From Candidatus Thorarchaeota archaeon (GTDB lineage: Archaea > Asgardarchaeota > Thorarchaeia > Thorarchaeales > Thorarchaeaceae): a stretch of 19,928 nt of DNA. The DNA lies in assembly GCA_048882485.1 (NCBI GenBank), contig JBHLRP010000054.1:1-19928 (forward strand), read 5' to 3'. This document shows, piece after piece, positions 1 through 7,796 of the stretch; within the stretch, counting starts at the first letter, position 1, and each line of letters opens with the position of its first letter. A model generated the notes under the pieces. The model saw only the letters and a program-made list of their open reading frames with translations, searched no databases and had not been told where the DNA came from. A program made the translations under genes and the position numbers.

Positions 1-17
1 GAGTTAGAGAAGGATGT

Positions 18-2297
18 ATGATGAAGCAAGTCGGATGGCTCCTTGATGCCACCGTCGACTACGAGAATCAGGCACTGACGCTGTGGATCAAGGCCAGTGG
101 AAAGACCCGTGGATATGTGTACAAAGAGTTCCACCCCTCAGTCTTTGTCAGTCGTGAGAAGAAGAAAGGATTGGACTGGAGTTTTGATGACATCCTCAAG
201 GCGGCCCGTGCACATCCCAAGGTGACTAGGACAAGATTCACTCAGAAGCGTGCCAGTGTCTATGACCAAGAGATGAGTCGCGTATTGGAGGTCTTCACTA
301 CACCAGACGCCCACAGAGAAGTAGCAGGAGATTTGGAACAGATTCCTGGAGTCACTGTGTTTCACGGAGACATCGACCCTGTGCATCAGTTCTTCATCCA
401 CGATGACATCTTCCCATTTGGCAAGGTTGCCTTTGAGTCAAAGGGGAACACTGTCACTGCGATACGATGTGTCGACAGACGGGAGGACACTGACTATGAC
501 ATGCCAGACCTTGAGGAGATAGGCTTTGAGGTGTTCGTTGATGCCAGACGGGTCTTTCCCAGACTGGAGGACAAGATTCACCACATTGACGTATATCATA
601 AAGGACTGACCATTCGAATTGAGGGCGAGAGCGAGAAGGAGATTCTCGAGGGGTTTCAGAGGACCGTTGACGGAATCGACCCAGATGTGATCGTCACCAG
701 AGATGGGGACGCGACCCTGTTCAGATACCTGACACTGCGAGCAAAGCTGAATGACGTACAGCTTGTCATGTCGCGGGACGGGTCAGTCTTGGATGTCAAG
801 CAGAAAGAGGCAAAGTCGTTCTGGGTGTACAACCAGGTCTTTTTCAGAGCGGGCAACATGGTCATGTTCAATGGCAGACTCCACATTGACAGGATGCAGA
901 GCTTCTACTACTCGCCTACGGGCCTTGAGGGCGTGATGGAGGGGTGTAGGCTCGCATATGCAAGACCACAGAGAGCATCACGGATGTCAATTGGTACAAT
1001 CAATGCGGCCGTCCAGTACTACAATGCCTACAAGATGGGAATCTTGATACCACCAGTGAAGAAGAACCCCGAGTTCCTGAAGACCGTAACAGACCTTGCG
1101 TCCATTGATAGAGGAGGCCTCATTCTTCAACCAAAGCCAGACATCTATGAGAACATTGCAGAGTGTGACTTCTCGTCGATGTATCCCACGTTGATGGTGA
1201 CACGGAACATAAGCCCAGAAACCATCTGCACAGTTGAAGACTGTCCAGACTGCCCCGAGTATTGCGTCGAGGTCCCCGAGGTGCCAATCCGTATCTGTCA
1301 ACGAAAGAGGGGGATTGTGGCTCGGTCACTGGAACTGGTGTTGGAGAAACGTGAGGCTTTTACGCAACTGATAGAACGAGGGTATGACGCAAAGAAATAC
1401 GAACGCATGCAAAACACACTCAAGGGCATACTGGTGTCATGCTTTGGATACTTGGGCTTCAAGAACGCTAGATTTGGAAGAGTAGAGGCACACACGGCAG
1501 TCACTGGACTGGCACGAGATGTACTTCTGCAGACGCAAGATATCGGAGAGAAAATGGGTCTTGAACTGATACATGGTATTGTTGACTCAGTGTGGCTCAG
1601 ATCCAGAGGCAGGCCTGACTATGACACACTTCAGGAGTTTTGTAGACGTGTCACAGAAGAAACCAACATCAAGATGTCCCTTAAGGGGATATTCAAGTGG
1701 ATGGTGATTCCCTCATCAAGACTCCACCCATCTATCGCACCATTGAATCGATACTATGGCGTCTACACTAACGGGGGCATCAAGACACGAGGTATTGAAA
1801 CTAGACGACGAGACACCTGTCTGTATGTAGGTGATTGCCAGGCTTCAATGCTCAAGGTGTTTGCGCGGGCCCAAAACAGGGCTGAATTCATAGAGAAGAT
1901 ACCAGAGGCACATTTAGTAGGTCAGGAGTTCATTGAGAGGCTCTATAGAGGAGATGTTGACATCCGGGACTTGGTCCTACATAATCGCCTCACACGTGAA
2001 CCACACGAGTACCGTGCGACATCAAGAGCGGCAATAGTTGCTCAGCAGCTTGTGGAGAGCGGTCGAGAATTGCATGCAGGACAGAAGGTACGCTATGTTC
2101 TCGTGAGCGCAGACTCAGAAAGCCCTCTGCGCCGTGTCAGGGCACTTGAGCTATTTGATGACGCCACAAGATATGACCCCATGGCATATGCGGACCTCTG
2201 CCTAAGAGCATTTGAGAATCTGATACCACGTCATTTTCTTGACGAACAGGATTTACCCTCAAAAGAGGATGTTCTGGCGCACGCACCAAAGCTCTGA
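18..2297 (+). CDS. polB2: Family B DNA polymerase, archaeal PolB2 (Dpo2-like) group with degenerate 3'-5' exonuclease
   Basis: 759 aa. Motif A is CDFSSMYPTLM and motif B is KGILVSCFGYLGFKNARFG. Motif C reads HGIVDS instead of YGDTDS, typical of PolB2. C-terminal KTRGIETRRRD is present. The ExoII region TRDGDATLFRYL lacks the catalytic Asp. Start is ATG 18 or 21. Confidence 0.9.
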   Translation: MMKQVGWLLDATVDYENQALTLWIKASGKTRGYVYKEFHPSVFVSREKKKGLDWSFDDILKAARAHPKVTRTRFTQKRASVYDQEMSRVLEVFTTPDAHREVAGDLEQIPGVTVFHGDIDPVHQFFIHDDIFPFGKVAFESKGNTVTAIRCVDRREDTDYDMPDLEEIGFEVFVDARRVFPRLEDKIHHIDVYHKGLTIRIEGESEKEILEGFQRTVDGIDPDVIVTRDGDATLFRYLTLRAKLNDVQLVMSRDGSVLDVKQKEAKSFWVYNQVFFRAGNMVMFNGRLHIDRMQSFYYSPTGLEGVMEGCRLAYARPQRASRMSIGTINAAVQYYNAYKMGILIPPVKKNPEFLKTVTDLASIDRGGLILQPKPDIYENIAECDFSSMYPTLMVTRNISPETICTVEDCPDCPEYCVEVPEVPIRICQRKRGIVARSLELVLEKREAFTQLIERGYDAKKYERMQNTLKGILVSCFGYLGFKNARFGRVEAHTAVTGLARDVLLQTQDIGEKMGLELIHGIVDSVWLRSRGRPDYDTLQEFCRRVTEETNIKMSLKGIFKWMVIPSSRLHPSIAPLNRYYGVYTNGGIKTRGIETRRRDTCLYVGDCQASMLKVFARAQNRAEFIEKIPEAHLVGQEFIERLYRGDVDIRDLVLHNRLTREPHEYRATSRAAIVAQQLVESGRELHAGQKVRYVLVSADSESPLRRVRALELFDDATRYDPMAYADLCLRAFENLIPRHFLDEQDLPSKEDVLAHAPKL

Positions 2298-2304
2298 GGA
2301 GTTT

Positions 2305-3648
2305 CTATTCAGTGATAGCGTGCGCTTGCATAGCAATTCTGGGCTTGAGCTCACGCACTGGAATACCAGTTTCCTTGGAAACCTTCATGACATCATCAGC
2401 CTCAGGTTTGATATTGATTATACTCCCATCAACACCTCGTGAGACCTTCACACGAACCATGAACTCCATGCCCTCGATTTCCATCTTGCACACAATGGTT
2501 TCTCTTGCCGCCTTGAGTCGGTCCCAAGTTGTGTATCGAATTCCCAGGGTTCCAAGATGCCTGATCATGATTTCTGCAATATTCTGCAGCCCGGATTTAG
2601 CTGCAATCACCTTTACAACGTAAACAGGACGATTCTTCTTCCCATAGGCAGGAATCATCACCACATCATAAGCTAGGCCCTCTGAAAGAAGAGTATCAAA
2701 CATGGTTCCCATTATCTCACCGTCGATGTCATCAACATTGGTTTCAATCACGATTACTTCATCCGCACTCCATGAATCAATCATCCCAGCTCTATCCTCC
2801 TTTTTCGTCTTCGGTGCAGCTTTTTTCTTTGCAGGTTCTTTCTTGGGTGGTGCTTTCTTAGTTGGCTTCTTCGGTTCAAGCTTGACTTCATCAGCAAACT
2901 CGCCGACGATGACTCTCATTCTATTAGTCACATCACCTAGGTCACGAGAGCCGAATCCAGTACCCTGTTGCTTGACCATGAAACCTTCAGATGATTCCAC
3001 AAACTCAGTTGCCAATGTGACCAACAGAGCAGCGCCTGTTGGCGTTAGGACTTCTGTTTTTGCCTCACCCATTATGAATGGAACTTCGTTTGTCACGAGT
3101 ATTTCAGCTACAGCAGGGACAGGCACCTCGAGAGGGCCATGTTCCGTTTGTATTGTGCCACTCCCAACTGCTACATGAGTTGCAATTATCCGAGTATCAG
3201 TTAGAAGGCCTGAACGTTCCATGAGATAAGCAGTTCCAATTAAATCTAGGATGGTATCGACCGAACCGGTTTCATGAAGATGCAGCTTGTCTATTGGGGT
3301 CTCATGTGCTCTCGATTCAGCCTGCAGAATCTCATTCAATGCTCTCTGAGCTATTTCTTTCGCAGGTGGTGATAGCTCCAATTCCTCGGCAACTGCATCC
3401 AACATTTCAATCAAGTCATTGGGCCTGAATCGCATCTCGGAGTCCTTGGACACCTCCAATCGAACTCCTGACTGGTCATTTTCAGTCTTAGTGGTGAATC
3501 GAACCCTTAATGCTGGATCATAAAGCAATAGACTTGCAGCCACCGGAAGAAGAGCATCGTCTTCACCCAGAAAATCGACTAGTGCAGATAGAAACATGTC
3601 CCCTGATGTGCCAGCATTCCTGACATCAATAAGGACGGTTCTTGTCAA
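2305..3648 (-). CDS. larC: Nickel-pincer cofactor biosynthesis protein LarC (nickel insertase), LarC1 and LarC2 fused in one frame
   Basis: Motifs GTSGDMFLSAL, ESRAH..LHLHETG.VDTILD, HGPLEVPVPA, TPTGAALL, GTGFGSRD, ETNVDD, KKNRP, TLGIR and KPEADD. TTG start with GGAG about 9 nt upstream; an in-frame stop at 3682-3684 limits any extension. Confidence 0.92.
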   Translation of the reverse strand: MTRTVLIDVRNAGTSGDMFLSALVDFLGEDDALLPVAASLLLYDPALRVRFTTKTENDQSGVRLEVSKDSEMRFRPNDLIEMLDAVAEELELSPPAKEIAQRALNEILQAESRAHETPIDKLHLHETGSVDTILDLIGTAYLMERSGLLTDTRIIATHVAVGSGTIQTEHGPLEVPVPAVAEILVTNEVPFIMGEAKTEVLTPTGAALLVTLATEFVESSEGFMVKQQGTGFGSRDLGDVTNRMRVIVGEFADEVKLEPKKPTKKAPPKKEPAKKKAAPKTKKEDRAGMIDSWSADEVIVIETNVDDIDGEIMGTMFDTLLSEGLAYDVVMIPAYGKKNRPVYVVKVIAAKSGLQNIAEIMIRHLGTLGIRYTTWDRLKAARETIVCKMEIEGMEFMVRVKVSRGVDGSIINIKPEADDVMKVSKETGIPVRELKPRIAMQAHAITE

Positions 3649-3854
3649 TTCGTCATTCTCCGGTGCTTTCGATTGTCCAACTCATGACGCAACTAAGCCG
3701 CCCTTTTCTTTCTTTCGAGGGCGTAGGTTGATGGTCTTTGAGGTCAGACTAGAATTCTTGCGGGTAGCCTAAATAATGTTGCCAGCACGAACAATTGAGC
3801 TCTGCGGAGAAAATGAGTGTACATCCGAACATTAGAGGACTCTTCGATTCGGAT

Positions 3855-4667
3855 TCATTCTTTGAATGTCATCCGCGCATTTCTTTTCGCCGCAGAGCCA
3901 CCTCGCCGCCATTGTTCAAAGATTGCCATGTACATGCACTCTTGTGGACTAATCCACATATCAGAAGAGTCAAACGACTCATCGACGAACTCAACTGGTG
4001 CAGAACGAATCAAGGCCGCTGGGATTGATTCATCTGACTCACCCATCACTGCGGTACATGCAGAAGCAAGATTGTCCGCTATTGCTCGTCTAGTTATCCT
4101 CATCTCATTGCCAAAGAGATCAGTTCGTCCTCTGTCATCGGCCACCGGTCGAAATCCTGCCACACCAAGTGCCATCCCAATATTCCCAAGACGGAGTGGT
4201 TGAGTCCTGCTATCAATGATCAGAACTCCGATGTTTTTCCCATATCGATCATGTGCTGCCCGTCTTATTCGTTCAGCGCTCCCCTTTGGGTCGGTAGGTA
4301 GCAGAGACGCATGTCCGGGTGGCACATTGGACTTGTCCACGCCAGCGTTGGCCATGAGCGTGTTGTTTTTGATTGTTAGAATCACATGTGGAATCCCACC
4401 GAGAATCTCATCCGCCTCTCTGAGCACAAGCTCTGCGACCTCAGGCAAGAGATCATACTCATCAGCAAGCTCGATGGCTTCCTCACTAGGGTCAACTCCA
4501 GCAAGTTTGACTATCCGTTCTTCAGTAGTTCCTAATGGAGTCTCTGCAATCCCCAGGATGTCGTGATTCTCCAATTCGAGACCCTGTGATTCTAGTGCAC
4601 CAATGAGGACTTCAAGAATGTCATCAGTCTCAGAGATGATACACGTCTTAATGGGAAAGATTTGCAT
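3855..4667 (-). CDS. cofE: Coenzyme F420-0:gamma-glutamyl ligase
   Basis: Motifs ANAGVDKSN, LLPTDP..SAERIR, GVLIIDS...PLRLG..GMALGVAG, DDRGRTDLFG..MRIT..AIADNLASA and MGESDESIPAALIR. ATG 4667 (MQIFPIK) is preferred over the ORF-track start 4727 because GAGGT lies just upstream and the CofE N-terminus begins there. Confidence 0.92.
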   Translation of the reverse strand: MQIFPIKTCIISETDDILEVLIGALESQGLELENHDILGIAETPLGTTEERIVKLAGVDPSEEAIELADEYDLLPEVAELVLREADEILGGIPHVILTIKNNTLMANAGVDKSNVPPGHASLLPTDPKGSAERIRRAAHDRYGKNIGVLIIDSRTQPLRLGNIGMALGVAGFRPVADDRGRTDLFGNEMRITRRAIADNLASACTAVMGESDESIPAALIRSAPVEFVDESFDSSDMWISPQECMYMAIFEQWRRGGSAAKRNARMTFKE

Positions 4668-4727
4668 CAGTGATACCTCTGCTCCCGCGTGGAGGCATAC
4701 TAAGATAAAACCTCTCAATGAACACAA

Positions 4728-6164
4728 TTAGGCCTTGGATTTCTTCGACCGCTGAAGCTTCATCCTGGCATCCATTATGCATTTGTCGCCCTTTCGACCG
4801 CCCATTGGATTGTGAATAGTACCCATAGAATTCATGCATCGAGCGGCAACAGCCGCCCCCATTGCCAGACCATCTTCGACTATGAGCATTTGCCTCGACG
4901 CAGTCCATTTTGTGCCGCGGTCTGTAATCAGTTGTGAATTAATGATGCTAGGCTTATTTCCTGTTGTGATGGCCCTTCCTGTGAGTCCCAAGGAAGTATC
5001 TTCCAAAATTAGTCCTTCTGAGAACGCTAGGTCTACCAAGCGCTGTACCACTTGAGCCTGCACAAGATCAATGACGGTTAGCAAAGCATCAGTGCCGGAT
5101 TCTTTAACAATGCCCTTTCCAATTCGCTCCAAGTCTGAAAAGCGAGACCCATTCACTCCCGAGTCCACGCCTATCAGAATTACCTCGGATTCAATGGCTG
5201 CTTTCACATCAACTGGAACCATCCCAAATCTAGTAGTTCCCTTTGATATCGCCTCAACTCGAATATTGGAATGAATCTCATCTATCCAGTCATTGTCGAC
5301 ATCAACCTTTCGAGGCCGCGCTGAGTCTTTGACATCAAGAAGAGTACCAGTCTTTTCCTCTACGATACCAGAACCTCTGACTAAAGCATCCGGTATTGCT
5401 CCAGCTAAGCCAGCAAATGATCCAATGGTTTCTGCATATGGATGTCCATCATCTGTCACTCTACCAGCAAGAGTAGTTCCGAAGTCAAGGGTCATAACGG
5501 GATTTCTGAAGTCCACATCTGCAATCTTTGCTGCTCCTTTCAATCCAGCAGTTACGAGCTCGCCCTCCATCTCATTTGCGACTATCTCAGCATTAGATGG
5601 GGGAAGAGAACTGGCTACAGCACCGTCAAAGTATACCTTATGGAGCCAAGTGAAGTTTCTCAGACTTGGAGGAAGATTCTCCGGCGATATGGAAGCAGTC
5701 ATCTTTCTTGGAGCTACACCTGCATCAAGACAACCCTCCGCAAGCGCCTTAACAATGGCCCCGACTTCCTCCGGTTCGGCGAATCCTGCATTGACGCCTG
5801 TAGAACGAACAACAAAATGGAGGTCCTTATCGATGTCAAGTCGTGCGCGGACGAGTGCGGTTCTAAGTATATCAGATACCATCTCAGCAACTGACTCTTT
5901 CGTCAAGTCGATGCCAGTAAGTGTGCGACCAAAGACATCCTCGCCATTTAGTGGAGCGCGGACATCCCTGGTCATTCGAACTTCCTTGTCGATTTCGAAG
6001 ATTTCAGCAGTTTCGAGATTTGTCGATACAATCACACATTTTGTGGTCGTGTTTCCAAGTTCAACTGATGCAACGGTGTAGTAGGGTCCCATTCGAAGAC
6101 TAGAAGGTCCAATGCTACGCGGGCGAATCAGTCTCAATTTTCCTTCTCCTTTTCCATCATTCAT
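4728..6164 (-). CDS. mmp14: Methanogenesis marker protein 14 (DUF2114 family), actin/ASKHA-like ATPase fold
   Basis: Motifs YYTVASVELGNTTTKC, VRMTRDVRAP, DLHFVVRSTGV, VANEMEGELVTAGLK, DFRNP..TLDFGTTLAGR and C-terminal ARCMNSMGT..NPMGG..G.KCIM..R.K.Q. The ATG overlaps the mtrH stop (ATGA). An alternative TTG start at 6137 follows AGGAG. Confidence 0.9.
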   Translation of the reverse strand: MNDGKGEGKLRLIRPRSIGPSSLRMGPYYTVASVELGNTTTKCVIVSTNLETAEIFEIDKEVRMTRDVRAPLNGEDVFGRTLTGIDLTKESVAEMVSDILRTALVRARLDIDKDLHFVVRSTGVNAGFAEPEEVGAIVKALAEGCLDAGVAPRKMTASISPENLPPSLRNFTWLHKVYFDGAVASSLPPSNAEIVANEMEGELVTAGLKGAAKIADVDFRNPVMTLDFGTTLAGRVTDDGHPYAETIGSFAGLAGAIPDALVRGSGIVEEKTGTLLDVKDSARPRKVDVDNDWIDEIHSNIRVEAISKGTTRFGMVPVDVKAAIESEVILIGVDSGVNGSRFSDLERIGKGIVKESGTDALLTVIDLVQAQVVQRLVDLAFSEGLILEDTSLGLTGRAITTGNKPSIINSQLITDRGTKWTASRQMLIVEDGLAMGAAVAARCMNSMGTIHNPMGGRKGDKCIMDARMKLQRSKKSKA

Positions 6165-7096
6165 AGAAGTTTCCTGAAGGGGTGATTCGCTGGTGGCTCT
6201 AGACCCATTTCCATCTTTGCTGACTCGGCTGAAAAGATGTCTGCCATTGCTACCGCTGGAAACACTCTATCTGCATTGCCTATCGGACCATAAAGAAGGA
6301 AATCAGCTCCTAGTGACTGAACAACTAGGTTCGAGGCAATATCACATATCTTGTACGCTTCTCGGTTCTCCTTTCTATATTGCTTTAGCCAAGTCCATGA
6401 TGATGCGGCATTATGAATCCCAGAACCTGTAGGATGACCATACAGGGTTTTAGATACAAATGTGAAAGAGACCGCGGCGCCAGCTCCAGCCCCCATGGCT
6501 GTTGTGGCTGTATCAATCAGGGGTTTATTCACCCCTACGTCTTCTGCGATGGACAGTAGTCCCTGCTTCAGCGATGCAGTGCCTTCGTCGAGTATAGCCC
6601 TACGACCTGCTGTCGATGAGTCTTGCGGATTGAAGGCAAGCACAATTGCACACTCATGTTGGATATCACGCAGAGCATCAATTTCTTCCGTAGTCACGGA
6701 TATGTTGATAGAGTTGTAGATTGCCTTGTCGATGAGTCCAATCGCCTCAGAATACCGCAAACCTTCCACGCGTACCATAGGGTCTGTAGAATCAATGATG
6801 AATGGCGCATCCGTCAAAGCAGATACAAAATCTATGTATTTCTCCATAGCAATTGTCGACTCAGCGAATATCTGAACCATTGCAGGGTTTCCTGTCATAT
6901 CAGACATTGTTTCTTGACCGTTAATCAGATTCTCTGCTGCACTCGTATCCACTATCCCCTTGGAAGCATCTTGTACTATCTTGTGTCCTCCATAGAAGAT
7001 GGTCCCGGCCAGAACTGTTGGCGTTTCTCCGGGATTGCCCCCTATCTTTACGCCACCAATGTCATAGATGTACTGTTCTTTCTGAAACACAAACAA
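6161..7096 (-). CDS. mtrH: Tetrahydromethanopterin S-methyltransferase subunit H (pterin-binding TIM barrel), canonical-type copy
   Basis: N-terminus MFVFQKEQ...GGVKIGGNPGETPTVLAGTIFYGGHKIV, then IIDS, IYNSIN, IVLAFNP, PLIDTA, GHPTGSGIHN and GADFLLYGPI. TTG start with AGGAG upstream inside the end of mtrA. Confidence 0.92.
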   Translation of the reverse strand: MFVFQKEQYIYDIGGVKIGGNPGETPTVLAGTIFYGGHKIVQDASKGIVDTSAAENLINGQETMSDMTGNPAMVQIFAESTIAMEKYIDFVSALTDAPFIIDSTDPMVRVEGLRYSEAIGLIDKAIYNSINISVTTEEIDALRDIQHECAIVLAFNPQDSSTAGRRAILDEGTASLKQGLLSIAEDVGVNKPLIDTATTAMGAGAGAAVSFTFVSKTLYGHPTGSGIHNAASSWTWLKQYRKENREAYKICDIASNLVVQSLGADFLLYGPIGNADRVFPAVAMADIFSAESAKMEMGLEPPANHPFRKLL

Positions 7097-7099
7097 TGT

Positions 7100-7783
7100 C
7101 TACAACTCCTTTGCAATTAGAGCCGTTCCAGACTCAGTGGAATGAACCTCAATTCCGATAGATGTCGGATGGGCAGTGATTATAGCACCGGCTTCTTGAG
7201 AAGCAACTAAGAAAGAAAAGGGGTTCAGTGATACACCATATTCCGGAAGCAGAGAAATTGAAGCCCCAAATCCAATTCTTTCTGCCGTGCCTGCAGCCCC
7301 TCTGAAATCAATAAACATGGGTTCTTCATCAAAGGACCCTGGATTCTTGGCTTGCAGCTTTGCAGCCTTTTCAGCTATTTCATCAGCATGAGAGTTGTTC
7401 ATCATATCCACGAATTCGATCTGTTGCCTGAATCGCTCCACGCCTTCAAGTGGCACATTTTCAATATAGGGAATGGCTCCGGGTGCGTCCACTATCTTGC
7501 GTGTATCGGCGTCAACGCCGTTTTCGTAGAGAGCCTTCATAGATGATCCAGTCAAATGACCTGGAACCTCAGGACCTGCAAGAATCAAGAAACGAATGGA
7601 AGGATTCGAGATCACATTGATGATGACCCGCTCAATTCCAATATTCTCAGTCTTACATGTACCAAGTATGGCAAAACTACCAGGAACATGGAATTTCTTA
7701 CCTAATGTACAGATTGCTACAGAGTGATCGGGGTCTCCAACCTCGAAGTCTCCGGGCACATGAGGCCAGTTATTCGCAGACAT
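7100..7783 (-). CDS. mtrA: Corrinoid protein of the MtrA family, soluble (MtxA-like), no transmembrane anchor, about 55-aa C-terminal extension
   Basis: Motifs WPHVPGDFEVGDP, GTCKTENIGIERVIINVISNPSIRFLIL.G.EV.GH (cobamide-ligating His76), GAIPYIEN, VERFRQQI and PG.FDEEP. No hydrophobic C-terminal helix. GGAGG Shine-Dalgarno upstream. Confidence 0.92.
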   Translation of the reverse strand: MSANNWPHVPGDFEVGDPDHSVAICTLGKKFHVPGSFAILGTCKTENIGIERVIINVISNPSIRFLILAGPEVPGHLTGSSMKALYENGVDADTRKIVDAPGAIPYIENVPLEGVERFRQQIEFVDMMNNSHADEIAEKAAKLQAKNPGSFDEEPMFIDFRGAAGTAERIGFGASISLLPEYGVSLNPFSFLVASQEAGAIITAHPTSIGIEVHSTESGTALIAKEL

Positions 7784-7796
7784 GATGAAACCTCCT
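7784..7796 (-). promoter_or_regulatory. Shine-Dalgarno site of mtrA overlapping the upstream stop codon
   Basis: Minus strand reads TAGGAGGTTTCATCATG. Similar GAGG/GGAG sites precede both mtrH copies, consistent with a polycistronic mRNA. Confidence 0.7.

Noticed and set aside
18-2297. Casposon, virus or other mobile-element polymerase
   Set aside because: The motifs match cellular PolB2 rather than protein-primed PolB. No cas1, integrase or terminal repeat is seen downstream, though the upstream context is outside the window.
3681-3742. SECIS-like element (AUGA at the hairpin base on the plus strand); also considered for the 18037-18070 hairpin
   Set aside because: The tandem G.A quartet does not register with the helix in either hairpin, the plus-strand loop here is pyrimidine-rich, and no neighbouring gene shows an in-frame UGA readthrough.
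3795-4203. Plus-strand ORFs 3795..4028 and 3817..4203
   Set aside because: Both mostly overlap cofE on the antisense strand and show no recognisable domains.
4668-4727. 20-aa N-terminal extension of CofE from the ORF track
   Set aside because: It has no CofE-like character and contains Shine-Dalgarno-like and TATA-like elements that fit a start at 4667.
5293-6081. 262-aa plus-strand ORF, and similar antisense ORFs such as 2702..3178, 6623..7120, 14340..14759 and 15630..16019
   Set aside because: They lie antisense to well-supported genes and have no recognisable motifs. Most are Ser/Pro/Thr-rich shadows of the coding strand's codon usage.
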